Assembly (NCBI GenBank): GCA_039807145.1
Contig: JBDHQQ010000001.1
Location: 800 to 64,799 of the forward strand
DNA length: 64,000 nucleotides
Reading direction: 5' to 3'
DNA from: Pseudoxanthomonas sp.
GTDB taxonomy: Bacteria; Pseudomonadota; Gammaproteobacteria; Xanthomonadales; Xanthomonadaceae
The notes under the pieces: model-generated
The model's database searches: none
What the model was told of the DNA's origin: nothing
Seen by the model: the letters and a program-made list of their open reading frames with translations, nothing else
Made by a program: the position numbers and the translations under genes
Part shown: one piece after another, positions 20,247 to 31,756 of the stretch
Layout of the letters: every line of letters starts with the position of its first letter
Position numbering within the stretch: position 1 is the first letter of the stretch

Positions 20247-22091
20247 TCATTCGATCTGCAGGATCGTCGCCGCTTTCGCCGGCAGCGCCAGCGACGCGCC
20301 GAGTTCGACGTCCTTGCCGGACAGCACGTCGCGGGCGCGGTCGCCGGGTTTGACGAAATCGGCGAAGCGGTCCAGCGCCAGCGTGGACGCTGCCGGGTTC
20401 CGGTTCAGCGCGACCATCACCACATCCTTGCCGTCGTGGCGGAAATACACGTACACGCCGTCGACCGGGGCGAAGTGCTGCAGCTTGCCGGCCTGCACTA
20501 CCGGCGTGCGCTTGCGCCACTGGAACAGCTTGCGCACGTAGTCCTGCGCGTCGCGTTGCGCGGCTGACAGGCCGCGTCCGCTGAACGCGTCGGCCGCATC
20601 GCCGGCCCAGCCGCCGGGCATGTCGGCGCGCAGTTCGCCGTCGTGGCGCTCCTTCGGGCCGCGCAGCAGCACCTCCGAGCCGTAGTAGAACTGCGGGATG
20701 CCGCGCGTGGTGGCGATGTAGGCCACCGCGAGTTTCCACAGGCCGATGTCGCCGTCCACGTGCGCGAGCAGGCGCGAGGTGTCGTGGTTCTCGGCGAACA
20801 CCATCAGGTTGTCCGGGTCCGGATAGGTGAAATCGTTGGCCAGCGCCTCGTACAGCGGCGTCCAGCCGCCGTCCCAGCCTTCGGGTTTCAGCAGCGCGTC
20901 GCGCAGGGCGATGTGCACCGGGAAATCCATCATGCTGGTCATGTACGGCACGTGGCCGTCGGGATTGGCCTTGCCGCGCTGCCAGTGCGCGACCACGGCC
21001 GGGTTCGCGCTCCATTCCTCGCCGACCATCGCGAAGTCGGGGTACTCGTCCATCACCGCCTTCGCCCATGCGCTGAGGAAGTCGGTGTCGCTGTAGCCGA
21101 AGGTGTCCTCGCGGATGCCGCTCAGGCCCGCGTACTCGATCCACCACAGCGTGTTCTGGATCAGGTAGCGCGCGAGGTGCGGATTGCGCTGGTTGAGGTC
21201 GGGCATCGATTCGACGAACCAGCCTTCCACGAAGCCCTTGCGGTCGCCCGGCGCGGCGTGCGGGTCCTGGATCGTGGTGCGGCGATGGTTGTTGGGGGTG
21301 AACCTGCCGCCGTTGTTGATCCAGTCGGCGCTGGGCAGGTCCTTCATCCACCAGTGTTCCGAGCCGATGTGGTTCAGCACCACGTCCATGATCAGGCCGA
21401 CACCGCGCGCGCGCGCTTCCTTCGCCAGCGCGCGATAGTCGTCGTTGCTGCCGAAGCGCGGGTCGGTGCGGTACAGGTCGGTGATCGCGTAGCCGTGGTA
21501 GGACTGGCCGGGCTGGGCGTTCTCCAGCAATGGCGTGATCCAGAGCTGGGTGAAGCCCAGTCCGGCGATGTAGTCCAGATGACGGCGAATGCCGGCGATG
21601 TCGCCGCCGTGGCGACCGAACGGCTGGGCGCGGTTGGCCGGGTCGGGCAGGCCGGGGGCGTTGTCGTTGCCGGGGATGGCGTTGGCGAAGCGGTCCGGCG
21701 TGATCAGGTACACCGCATCGCGGTTGTCGAAACCGCGGCGCCGCGCCGAATCCGGCGCGCGCGCATCCAGCCGCCATGCGTGTCTGGCGACGACCTTGCC
21801 GCCTTCGGTGAATTCGATGTCGAAACCGCCGGCCTGCGCATCCGGCGCGATCTCGAGGGCGACGAACAGGTAGTTCGGATTCTCCGCCGCCTGCACGTCG
21901 ACGATGCGCACGCCCGCGCGCTGCAGGCGTGGCACGGTCGCGCCGATGCCGTCGCCGTGCACCATCAATTCGACCCGGTTGTGCTTCATGCCGACCCACC
22001 AGTTGGCGGGTTCCAGATGGTCGATGGTGGCCGCGTGCAGGGGCGGCACGGCCGCCAGGAGGAACAGGCAAAGCATCGTCGCCAGGCGCAT
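20247..22091 (-). CDS. Exported GH13 alpha-amylase / cyclomaltodextrinase (neopullulanase-like)
   Basis: EPANWWVGM N-domain, YLITPDRFAN, YHGY, DVVLNH, GIREDT, GEEW, ENHD. Confidence 0.9.
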   Translation of the reverse strand: MRLATMLCLFLLAAVPPLHAATIDHLEPANWWVGMKHNRVELMVHGDGIGATVPRLQRAGVRIVDVQAAENPNYLFVALEIAPDAQAGGFDIEFTEGGKVVARHAWRLDARAPDSARRRGFDNRDAVYLITPDRFANAIPGNDNAPGLPDPANRAQPFGRHGGDIAGIRRHLDYIAGLGFTQLWITPLLENAQPGQSYHGYAITDLYRTDPRFGSNDDYRALAKEARARGVGLIMDVVLNHIGSEHWWMKDLPSADWINNGGRFTPNNHRRTTIQDPHAAPGDRKGFVEGWFVESMPDLNQRNPHLARYLIQNTLWWIEYAGLSGIREDTFGYSDTDFLSAWAKAVMDEYPDFAMVGEEWSANPAVVAHWQRGKANPDGHVPYMTSMMDFPVHIALRDALLKPEGWDGGWTPLYEALANDFTYPDPDNLMVFAENHDTSRLLAHVDGDIGLWKLAVAYIATTRGIPQFYYGSEVLLRGPKERHDGELRADMPGGWAGDAADAFSGRGLSAAQRDAQDYVRKLFQWRKRTPVVQAGKLQHFAPVDGVYVYFRHDGKDVVMVALNRNPAASTLALDRFADFVKPGDRARDVLSGKDVELGASLALPAKAATILQIE

Positions 22092-22225
22092 AGCGGGTCC
22101 CCGGTATCGTGGAATCGATCCTATCGAGGCTACAAGCGCGCCCGTGGATCGACAACGCGCCGCCCCATGAATTCGTATGCGCGGCGTTGCAGCATCGGAT
22201 GCGTCGAAGATGCCGTCGGCCGGAT

Positions 22226-22918
22226 TCAGACCCGCACGTCGAACAGCAATCCGATGAGATGCGCCGCCGCCATCGCCAGCGCGCCCCAGAAGCCCACGCG
22301 CAACGCGCCCCGTGCGATGGGCGCGTTGCCGGTCTTTGCGGCGAGCGCGCCCGAACCCAGCAGTCCGAGCAGGCTGACGATCACCGTGATGCTGCCGACA
22401 TGCGTGGCCGGAGCCAGCCATGCGGCCAGGATGGGCCACAGCGCGCCCACGGTGAATGCCGCCGCGGAAGCCATGGCCGCCTGCAGCGGGCGGGCGCGCA
22501 ACGTTTCGGTGATGCCCAGTTCCTCGCGCGCGTGCGCTGCGAGCGCATCGTGCGCGGTGAGCTGACGGGCGACTTCGCGGGCGAGTTCGGGCTGCAGGCC
22601 GCGCTTGTGGAAGATTCCCGCGAGTTCGTTCAATTCCGCGTCGGGGTCTTCGGCCAGTTCGTGCTTTTCCTGCGACAGGCTGGCCTTCTCCATGTCGGCT
22701 TGCGACTTCACCGATACGTATTCGCCCGCTGCCATCGACATCGCGCCGGCGACCAGCCCGGCGAAGCCGGTGGCGAGCAGCGCGCCTTGGCCGGCGCCGC
22801 TGGCCGCGACGCCCACGATCAGGCCCGCGGTCGAGATGATGCCGTCGTTGGCGCCGAGCACGGCCGCGCGCAACCAGCCGACGTTATGGAAATCGTGATG
22901 CTCCCGGTGGCGTGGCAT
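22226..22918 (-). CDS. VIT1/CCC1 family Fe/Mn transporter
   Basis: WLRAAVLGANDG, SMAAGEYVSV, AHAREELG. Confidence 0.92.
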   Translation of the reverse strand: MPRHREHHDFHNVGWLRAAVLGANDGIISTAGLIVGVAASGAGQGALLATGFAGLVAGAMSMAAGEYVSVKSQADMEKASLSQEKHELAEDPDAELNELAGIFHKRGLQPELAREVARQLTAHDALAAHAREELGITETLRARPLQAAMASAAAFTVGALWPILAAWLAPATHVGSITVIVSLLGLLGSGALAAKTGNAPIARGALRVGFWGALAMAAAHLIGLLFDVRV

Positions 22919-23115
22919 GCGATCCCGTGTCGAGGGCGGAGACGGCTACAGCGTAACCATCGCGGCCACTCGCAGTCGAGCACCACGAACAGTCGCGGCG
23001 GTGGAATACAGAAGCCGCAGCCCGGCAACAATAGGGCATGGGGCGACGGGCTATAGTGCGAGGCCCGCGATGTGCGCCGCAGGTCCGCATCGTCCACCGC
23101 AAGCGAGCCGCAGCC

Positions 23116-24480
23116 TTGTCCAGCCCCAGCCACGTCTCCGACACGCCGATAGCCGACCGCGCGCAGCTCGTCGATTACATCGTTTCGGGCGAGAAGCCGC
23201 GCGCCGACTGGCGCATCGGCACCGAACACGAGAAGTTCGGCTTCCGGTTCGACGACCTGCGGCCGCCCGCGTTCGACGGCGAGCGCGGCATCGAGGCGCT
23301 GCTGAAGGGCCTGACCCGCTTCGGCTGGGAGACCGTCGAAGAGAACGGGCGCGTCATCGCGCTGCTGAAGGACGGCGCCTCGGTCACGCTGGAACCGGCC
23401 GGGCAACTGGAACTGTCCGGCGCTGCGCTGGAAAGCATCCACCAGACCTGCGTCGAGGTCGGCACCCACCTGAAGGAAGTGAAGCAGGTCGCCGACGAAC
23501 TGCGGTTGGGCTTCCTCGGCATGGGCTTCCAGCCGAAATGGCGGCGCGAGGACATGCCGTGGATGCCGAAGGGCCGCTACCGGATCATGCGCGATTACAT
23601 GCCGAAGGTCGGCTCGCTGGGCCTGGACATGATGACCCGCACCTGCACGGTGCAGGTCAACCTGGATTTCGCGAACGAAGCGGACATGGCCAGGAAGTTC
23701 CGCGTGTCGCTGGCGCTGCAGCCCGTCGCCACCGCGCTGTTCGCCGATTCGCCGTTCACCGAAGGCAAGCCCAACGGCTACCAGAGCTACCGCTCGCACA
23801 TCTGGACCGACACCGACCCGGACCGCACCGGCATGCTCGACTTCGTGTTCGAGGACGGCTTCGGTTACGAGCGTTACGTCGATTACCTGCTCGACGTGCC
23901 GATGTACTTTTCCTACCGCGACGGCGTGTACCACGATGCCAGCGGCAAGTCGTTCCGCAAGTTCCTCAGGGGCGAACTCGACGTGCTGCCCGGTGCGCTG
24001 CCGACCCTGCGCGACTGGTCCGACCACATGACCACGGCGTTCCCGGAAGTGCGGATGAAGAAATACCTGGAGATGCGCGGCGCCGACAGCGGCCCGTGGA
24101 ATCGCATCTGCGCGCTGCCGGCGTTCTGGGTGGGCCTGCTGTACGACGATGCGGCGCTCGACGCGGCCTGGGACCTGGTCAGGGACTTCACCCTGGAAGA
24201 ACGGCACGCGCTGCGCGACGGCGTGCCGAAGCACGCGCTGAAGCTGCCGTTCCGCGGCGCGACGGTGCGCGAGCTGGCGGCCGAGGCGCTGAAGATTTCC
24301 ATCGCCGGCCTCAAGCGCCGGGCGATGCTCAACGAGAAGGGCGCGGACGAAAGCGGCTTCCTCGAAACCCTGGTCGAGATCGTCGAGGCCGACGAAACCC
24401 CGGCCGAGCGCAAGCTGAAGTTGTTCCATGGCGAATGGAACGGCGATATCGACCGCGTGTTCCGCGAGTTCGCCTATTGA
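23116..24480 (+). CDS. gshA: Glutamate--cysteine ligase (plant/alphaproteobacterial type)
   Basis: [52 protein letters not shown]; TTG start assumed. Confidence 0.92.
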   Translation: MSSPSHVSDTPIADRAQLVDYIVSGEKPRADWRIGTEHEKFGFRFDDLRPPAFDGERGIEALLKGLTRFGWETVEENGRVIALLKDGASVTLEPAGQLELSGAALESIHQTCVEVGTHLKEVKQVADELRLGFLGMGFQPKWRREDMPWMPKGRYRIMRDYMPKVGSLGLDMMTRTCTVQVNLDFANEADMARKFRVSLALQPVATALFADSPFTEGKPNGYQSYRSHIWTDTDPDRTGMLDFVFEDGFGYERYVDYLLDVPMYFSYRDGVYHDASGKSFRKFLRGELDVLPGALPTLRDWSDHMTTAFPEVRMKKYLEMRGADSGPWNRICALPAFWVGLLYDDAALDAAWDLVRDFTLEERHALRDGVPKHALKLPFRGATVRELAAEALKISIAGLKRRAMLNEKGADESGFLETLVEIVEADETPAERKLKLFHGEWNGDIDRVFREFAY

Positions 24481-24516
24481 TCGCGGTGAGTGGAAGGCAA
24501 GCGGGTAGCAAAGGCA

Positions 24517-24572
24517 GCGGGGCAAGCCCCGCTCTACAGGGAAAGTTCTTCGTAGAGCGGGGCTTGCCCCGC
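24517..24572. repeat. GTAG-type REP doublet (family A, GTAG ends inward)
   Basis: GCGGGGCAAGCCCCGCTCTAC then GTAGAGCGGGGCTTGCCCCGC. Confidence 0.88.
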
Positions 24573-24584
24573 TGCTTTCTTCAA

Positions 24585-25416
24585 GGTAATTCCTAAGCAA
24601 CCCGGACCAAATCTGAGAGGAGTTGGTCATGAAGCGTTGCCCTGGCTGTAGCGGTTGCAGGCACTACGAACTGGCGGATGGACGGCTGAAGTGCCGGGCA
24701 TGTGGCAAGCGGTTCACGTGGACATCGGTGTGGGATTCAGTGCGTCTGTCGAGCGCCAGCAAGCAGCGTCTGCTGGAACTGTTCGTATTGGGTGTACCGT
24801 CCTACCGCCAGCGTTTCCGCAGCGATACCACGGCCGCGACGCGTGAGCGGTTCTACCGGCTCGTGCGCGCGTGCTGCGCGATGGTAGAGCAGCTTCGGGA
24901 GCCGTTCGAGGGCGCGCTGGAACTGGACGAAACCACGTTTGGCGGCGCCAGGAAGGGTAAACGCGGCTGGGGAGCTGCCGGCAAGGTGATTGTCTTTGGA
25001 CTGATCAAGCGCAACGGCCGGGTCAAGGCCATGCCGATCGCGGCGCATGACCGAGCCTCGGTCATGCAGCAGATCGATGCGCACAGCCGCGAGGGCTCGC
25101 TGTACTACACCGACGAATGGCAGGCCTACGCCACCTTACGGCTGCGAGGCGAGCATGTGATGATCCGCAAGGAGAAGGGAAGACCGGTTGGGCGCGACCA
25201 CATCAACGGCATTGAAGGCTTCTGGAGCTACGCCAAGAACTGGCTATATCCCTATCGGGGCATCCTCTCCCAATACTTCCATCTGTACCTGGCTGAAGTT
25301 TGCTATCGCTTCAACCACCGCGAACAGGATCTCAAACCCCTGCTTTTCAGGCTTATGAAGGCAACTTCGATCCAGGAACTACGGCCCATTTTGGTCCGGA
25401 AAGCTTAGGAATTACC
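24585..25416 (+). mobile_element. IS1595-family insertion sequence (832 bp)
   Basis: Terminal IRs GGTAATTCCTAAGCaacCCGGACCAAA / GGTAATTCCTAAGCtttCCGGACCAAA (24/27); flanking 8-mers TTCTTCAA and TTGTTCAA; lower GC. Confidence 0.92.
24629..25408 (+). CDS. IS1595-family (ISXO2-like DDE) transposase
   Basis: CPGC...CRAC zinc ribbon, ELDETTFGG, YTDEWQAY, HINGIEGFWS, YLAEVCYRFNHR; stop lies inside the right IR. Confidence 0.92.
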   Translation: MKRCPGCSGCRHYELADGRLKCRACGKRFTWTSVWDSVRLSSASKQRLLELFVLGVPSYRQRFRSDTTAATRERFYRLVRACCAMVEQLREPFEGALELDETTFGGARKGKRGWGAAGKVIVFGLIKRNGRVKAMPIAAHDRASVMQQIDAHSREGSLYYTDEWQAYATLRLRGEHVMIRKEKGRPVGRDHINGIEGFWSYAKNWLYPYRGILSQYFHLYLAEVCYRFNHREQDLKPLLFRLMKATSIQELRPILVRKA

Positions 25417-25420
25417 TTGT

Positions 25421-27103
25421 TCAATAGCGCGCAGCCGCCAGCGGCGCATCGGCCCATTGCCACGCCGCCGCCTGCTTCCGCGAAGTCTCGCGTGCGGCGT
25501 CGGCTTGCCCCAGCTTCTGCTGCGCCTGCGCCAGTCCGAACAGCGACCAGCCGTTCTCCGGATAGGCCTTCAGGTCCCGGGAGAAGGCTTCCGCCGCACC
25601 CTTGGCGTCGCCGGCTTCCAGCAGCGCGGCGCCGAGATACGGGCGCACCGGCAGCGGCCAATCGGATGGCTCGTTGTAGGCCAGCGCATCCTCGGTCGCC
25701 GCCGCTTCGCGCAGCGCGGCCAGGGCCTGCCCGTGCCTGCCCTGCGCGCGCAGCAGTTCGCCGCGCAGCAGCGAATCGGCGACGCGCAGCACGGCATCGG
25801 CATTGTTCACGCCCAAGTCGATGCGTGCAGTGGACGGGGCGATCGCGATCGCATGCAGTGCGTCGGCATCGCGCGCGGCGTATTCCAGCCGGCCGTCTCG
25901 CGCATGGGCCATGCCGCGGGCGAAATGGCGGATCGCAGCGGGGAACGGCAGTTCGGATGCGGGTACGGGCTCGGCAAGGATCGCGTCCCAGTCGCCGAAG
26001 CGCACCCGGGTCAGCAATGGCGCGACCGCGAACTGCTGCATGAATTCCAGCGGTGCTTGGCCCATCGCGGCGAGGTCCGCGCGTTTCGCGGTCTGCTCCG
26101 CCGCCTGCAGCGCCAGCGTGCGCGATCCGGTCAGGCCGGCGGTCAGCGTGGCGAAGTGCCAGTTGTGCGGCACGTAGCCCAGTGGATAGACCCCGTTGCT
26201 GCCGCGGCATACCGCGAGGAAATCCTTGTCCGCGGTGCTGGCGGCGAAGTTGCTGAGGGTGGCGTCGTGATAGCGGCCCAGGCGGATGTAGGTGTGCGCG
26301 GGCATGTGCACCAGATGGCCCGAGCCGGGTGCCAGTGCCGCCAGCGCATCGGCGTAGGGTTCCGCGCGCTTCGGATCCGGCGAGGCTTCGGTGGCGTGGA
26401 TGTAGTAGTGCATCGCGCCGATATGGCGCGGGTTGCGCGCCAGCACGCGTTCCAGTTCGCCGAGGATGCGCGGCGTGTGTTCGGTCTGCTGGCCTTCCGC
26501 AGTCCAGTACGCCCATGGAGTGAGGTCCATCAGCGCCTCGGCATACAGCGTGGCCGCATCGTCGTCGCCCGGGAAATCGTGCACGACCCGGTCCATCGCC
26601 TGCGCATAGGCCTGGTCGAGCGCGCTGCGATCCTCGGGTGCCGGGTCCGCATAGCGCAGCGCCAGTGCTTCGACCAGCGCGCGGTCGGCCGGCCGTGCGT
26701 GCGCCGCCAGCGCGACGGCGCGGCGCGAGAGTTCGAACGCGGGCGCATTGGCCTCGGGCTGCATCGGCAGGTTGATGTTCGGCCCCAGCACCAGCGCCTG
26801 GCCCCACAGGCACATCGCGCACTGCGGATCCAGACGCGCCGCTTCGGCGAAGGCGCGCCCGGCCGCTTCGTGGTTGAAGCCGTAGGCCATGCGCAGGCCC
26901 TGGTCGAAGTAGCGCTGAGCGTCAGGCACGCGCGAACCGATGTCCCGATGCAGGTCGCCGAAGGTCTCGAACAGAGGCACGGCGGCGCCCACCGCAGGCG
27001 CCGGCGCATCGACGCCGGAAGCTTCCTGCAACGGGCCACAGCCCGCCAGCAGGGACATCGCAACGATTGCCGGCGGCAGCAGGCGCAAGGATCGACGGGC
27101 CAT
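25421..27103 (-). CDS. TPR-repeat lipoprotein of unknown function
   Basis: LLAGC lipobox; AQRYFDQGL..YGFNH, HYYIHATEAS, HLVHMPAHTY, PHNWHF, NGWSLFGL. Confidence 0.8.
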   Translation of the reverse strand: MARRSLRLLPPAIVAMSLLAGCGPLQEASGVDAPAPAVGAAVPLFETFGDLHRDIGSRVPDAQRYFDQGLRMAYGFNHEAAGRAFAEAARLDPQCAMCLWGQALVLGPNINLPMQPEANAPAFELSRRAVALAAHARPADRALVEALALRYADPAPEDRSALDQAYAQAMDRVVHDFPGDDDAATLYAEALMDLTPWAYWTAEGQQTEHTPRILGELERVLARNPRHIGAMHYYIHATEASPDPKRAEPYADALAALAPGSGHLVHMPAHTYIRLGRYHDATLSNFAASTADKDFLAVCRGSNGVYPLGYVPHNWHFATLTAGLTGSRTLALQAAEQTAKRADLAAMGQAPLEFMQQFAVAPLLTRVRFGDWDAILAEPVPASELPFPAAIRHFARGMAHARDGRLEYAARDADALHAIAIAPSTARIDLGVNNADAVLRVADSLLRGELLRAQGRHGQALAALREAAATEDALAYNEPSDWPLPVRPYLGAALLEAGDAKGAAEAFSRDLKAYPENGWSLFGLAQAQQKLGQADAARETSRKQAAAWQWADAPLAAARY

Positions 27104-27201
27104 CGGGATCGCCTTCCGGAAGGAGTCTCCTGGTGACAACGCTCAGGGCGGGCGGCAACCGGACATGTTTGTCTCGACACCGCGTTTCGGCGCCCGTGAT
27201 T

Positions 27202-27227
27202 GGGGAGGGTATACTCCCCGGCAGTAT
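27202..27227. promoter_or_regulatory. CsoR/RcnR/FrmR-type operator
   Basis: ATACT-CCCCGGC-AGTAT inverted repeat around a C-tract (27211-27227), plus GGGGAG/CTCCCC, just upstream of frmR. Confidence 0.7.
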
Positions 27228-27245
27228 CCGATCCTGGCTGCCGAC

Positions 27246-28659
<1,414 letters not shown>

Positions 28660-28665
28660 TCAGTG

Positions 28666-28781
28666 CCCTCCCCCGCTTGCGGGGGAGGGTTGGGGTGGGG
28701 GCGACGAGCCGCTACAAAGCTTCCGCTTCTGCGCCGCGCCCCCATCGCTCTTCGGGCACTTCCCCCGCAAGCGGGGGAAGG
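28666..28781. repeat. Family B palindromic repeat inside the frm operon
   Basis: CCCTCCCCCGCTTGCGGGGGAGGG ... CTTCCCCCGCAAGCGGGGGAAG. Confidence 0.75.
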
Positions 28782-28804
28782 AAATCTTCTGAGGAATGAC
28801 AAGA

Positions 28805-29638
28805 ATGGAACGCATCGAACATCGCGCCAGCTTCGGCGGCTGGCAGGACGTGTACCGGCATGGTTCGGAAACGCTCGGCTGCGACATGAACGTCGGCGTG
28901 TACTTCCCGCCCCAGGCCGCGAATGGTCCTTGCCCGGTGCTGTACTGGCTTTCCGGCCTGACCTGCACCGAGCAGAACTTCATCACCAAGGCCGGCGCGC
29001 AGCGCTACGCCGCCGAGCACGGCATCGTCGTGGTCGCGCCCGACACCAGCCCGCGCGGCGACGATGTGCCCGATGCGGAAGGCTACGACCTCGGCAAGGG
29101 CGCGGGGTTCTACGTCAACGCCACGCAGGCGCCCTGGTCGAAGCATTACCGGATGTACGACTACATCGCCGAGGAATTGCCGGCGCTGGTCGAAGGAAAT
29201 TTCCCGGTTACCGGCGTTCGCGCGATCAGCGGCCATTCGATGGGCGGGCACGGCGCGCTGACCATCGCGCTGCGCAACCCGGGCCGTTACCGCAGCGTGT
29301 CGGCGTTCTCGCCAATCGTCGCGCCTTCGCAGGCACCATGGGGCGAAAAGGCCTTCGCCGCCTATCTCGGCGACGACCGCGGGGCGTGGAAGGCGCACGA
29401 CGCCGTCGAACTGGTGAAGGTGGCGAAGGAAAAGCTGCCGCTGCTGGTTGACCAGGGCGAAGCCGACGAATTCCTCGACACCCAACTGCGACCGCAGCTG
29501 CTGCGCGAAGCCTGCGAGGCCGCCGGCCACCCGCTGACGCTGCGGATGCAGCCGGGCTACGACCACAGCTACTATTTCATCTCCAGCTTCATCGGCGAGC
29601 ATATCGCCCATCATGCTGCGGCGCTGAAGAGCTCGTAG
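28805..29638 (+). CDS. fghA: S-formylglutathione hydrolase
   Basis: LYWLSGLTC, APDTSPRG, GHSMGG, GYDHSY. Confidence 0.95.
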   Translation: MERIEHRASFGGWQDVYRHGSETLGCDMNVGVYFPPQAANGPCPVLYWLSGLTCTEQNFITKAGAQRYAAEHGIVVVAPDTSPRGDDVPDAEGYDLGKGAGFYVNATQAPWSKHYRMYDYIAEELPALVEGNFPVTGVRAISGHSMGGHGALTIALRNPGRYRSVSAFSPIVAPSQAPWGEKAFAAYLGDDRGAWKAHDAVELVKVAKEKLPLLVDQGEADEFLDTQLRPQLLREACEAAGHPLTLRMQPGYDHSYYFISSFIGEHIAHHAAALKSS

Positions 29639-29707
29639 AGCGGAGCTTGCCCCGCTGCCTTTCGATCCATCGCGTGAAAAAAAGCAGCGGGGCAAGCCCC
29701 GCTCTAC
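29635..29707. repeat. GTAG-type REP doublet (family A) supplying both flanking stop codons
   Basis: GTAGAGCGGAGCTTGCCCCGC ... GCGGGGCAAGCCCCGCTCTAC. Confidence 0.88.
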
Positions 29708-30387
29708 GGAAGCGGAGTGAAATCGGTGCGGGCGAAGCGGTCGTCGTGCAGGGTGGTTGCGCCTTGCAACAGCGCCAGCGGCGCGTCGAACATCGGCCCG
29801 TCGAAGACGCACGTATGGAATTCGCCGTTCTCGCCGCAAGGATCGACGTTCGCCGGCAACTCGTCGAGCAGCGAATGGTCGAACGCGCGGCCGGCGAAGC
29901 GCGCATCCAGCTGCTGCGCGTCGACGCAACAGATCGTTGCGCGCAGCCCGCCGTCGATCATTTCACGCGCCAGTCGCGCCGTGTCGCGGCCGAACAGCGG
30001 CGTGGCCGCTTCCCAGCCGATCCGGACGAGGTTGTCCGCGCGCCAAGCGCGGATGTCCTCGAGGAACAGGTCGCCGAACGCAACTGTACGAAGACCGGGC
30101 CAACGCGCCGCGGCATCGGTCAGCGCGGCGCTCATCGCGGCCGAGTAGTCGTCGTTGCCGCAGTTCGCGGGAATCTCCGCTTCAAGCAACGGCAAGCGTG
30201 CGGCGCGCGCCTGCGCCTGCAGCACCTCGCGGCGGACGCTTTGCAGGGAGGATCGCCCGTCCTCGCGCGCAATGGTGGTCAGCAGGCCCACGACTTTCAC
30301 GTCGTCGCGCTGGCGCAGCACGTGCAGCGTCCACGCCGCATCCTTGCCGCCGCTCCAGGCCAGCAGGACGGGAGTGCATCCCGCCAT
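29704..30387 (-). CDS. Dph6-related PP-loop ATP pyrophosphatase
   Basis: WSGGKDA, FGDLFLEDIR, DPCGENGEFHT. Confidence 0.88.
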   Translation of the reverse strand: MAGCTPVLLAWSGGKDAAWTLHVLRQRDDVKVVGLLTTIAREDGRSSLQSVRREVLQAQARAARLPLLEAEIPANCGNDDYSAAMSAALTDAAARWPGLRTVAFGDLFLEDIRAWRADNLVRIGWEAATPLFGRDTARLAREMIDGGLRATICCVDAQQLDARFAGRAFDHSLLDELPANVDPCGENGEFHTCVFDGPMFDAPLALLQGATTLHDDRFARTDFTPLP

Positions 30388-30420
30388 CAGTCGGCCGATG
30401 CGTCGCGCCGGGGCCGCGCC

Positions 30421-30771
30421 TCAGGCAGCCGAGACATCGCGCAGTTCCCAGTGATTGCCCGCCAGCAGGCGCAGGCGGTGCTTGAACACGCTGCCGGGAA
30501 TCGAGGTGACCGTGATCAGGTCCACGTGCAGGTCGTCGGCTTCGCCGCGCACCGTCGCTTCCGGGTCGACCGCGCCCAGCGACGGATCGACGGCCTCGGG
30601 GTCGGGTTGCGCATCGCGCCAGCGCCGGAACAGCGCGTCGCTGCGCAGCGCGTCCTGCAGTTGCGCGGCGAATTCCTCGGCGCCGTGCGCGGTGAAGCTG
30701 AAGGCGGCTTCGCCGCCGCGCGCCTGTTGCGGGTTCTTCAGGCTGACGTAGTAACGGACCGGCATCGTCAT
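30421..30771 (-). CDS. Hypothetical protein
   Basis: 116-aa ORF with RBS and normal composition; co-oriented with the Dph6-like gene. Confidence 0.7.
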   Translation of the reverse strand: MTMPVRYYVSLKNPQQARGGEAAFSFTAHGAEEFAAQLQDALRSDALFRRWRDAQPDPEAVDPSLGAVDPEATVRGEADDLHVDLITVTSIPGSVFKHRLRLLAGNHWELRDVSAA

Positions 30772-30958
30772 GGCTCCCTGTTGACCCCCTCAGCGTAGCC
30801 CAGCCATGTTAGCTGCGCGTTGTCGCGATCCGGAGGCGTGCGGTAGCGCGGCAGTCGGCGCTGACCCGGCGTGGTAGATTTCGCCAGCCGCCTGCGCGCG
30901 CAGGGAAGCGGCGGCGATGCGGGCGGCGGATACGTCGTGGTTTCAACCGAGGAATGCC

Positions 30959-31738
30959 ATGCATCCGTTGCGTTGGACAGGGCGCCGGCTCGCGCGATGG
31001 CTTTCCGAACCGCGCGACGGCACCCATGCCGGTACCAGCGGCGCGGGCCGGATGGTCCGGACCCTGCGCAAGGGCGACGTGCTGCTGGTGGAGGGCACCA
31101 GCCGTTTCGCCACCGCCATACGCACCGTGACCCAGTCGAACTGGTCGCACTCGGCGCTGTACGTCGGCGACGCGTTGGCCGCCGGCAGCGCCGACCCGAC
31201 CCCGCAGTTCATCGAGGCCGACATCAACGAAGGCGTGCGCGCGGTGCCGGTCGGAACGTACACCCACCTGCATACGCGCATCTGCCGACCGGTCGGCCTC
31301 AGCGATGCCGAGGTCGATGCGCTGATCGGCTATGCGGTCGCGCGCATCGGCGGCCAGTACGACCTGCGCAACGTGTTCGACCTGGCGCGCTACCTGGTGC
31401 ATCCGCAGCTGCTGCCGGCGAGATACCGGCGGCGGATGCTGGCGTTCGGCAGCGGCGATCCGACCCGCGCGATCTGCTCGTCGCTGATCGCGGCGGCGTT
31501 CGCGTCGATCGGCTACCCGGTGCTGCCCGACGTGGAACTGGTGCGCGCCGAGGGCGAAGCCGGCCGGGAGCACGCGCGCGAAATCCTGCACATCCGCGAT
31601 TCCAGCCTGTACGCGCCGCGCGACTTCGACATGTCGCCGTACTTCCGCATCGTCAAGCCGACCATCGAAAACGGCTTCGACCGGGAGGCGCTGGTCTGGG
31701 CGCCGCGGCAACCGGCCACGCCGGAGGCGGACGGCTAG
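30959..31738 (+). CDS. YiiX/YebB-like permuted NlpC/P60 cysteine hydrolase
   Basis: LRKGDVLL, SNWSHSALY (His) before ICSSLIA (Cys): permuted papain order. Confidence 0.8.
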   Translation: MHPLRWTGRRLARWLSEPRDGTHAGTSGAGRMVRTLRKGDVLLVEGTSRFATAIRTVTQSNWSHSALYVGDALAAGSADPTPQFIEADINEGVRAVPVGTYTHLHTRICRPVGLSDAEVDALIGYAVARIGGQYDLRNVFDLARYLVHPQLLPARYRRRMLAFGSGDPTRAICSSLIAAAFASIGYPVLPDVELVRAEGEAGREHAREILHIRDSSLYAPRDFDMSPYFRIVKPTIENGFDREALVWAPRQPATPEADG

Positions 31739-31756
31739 AGGGGGCCAGCCGAGGCG

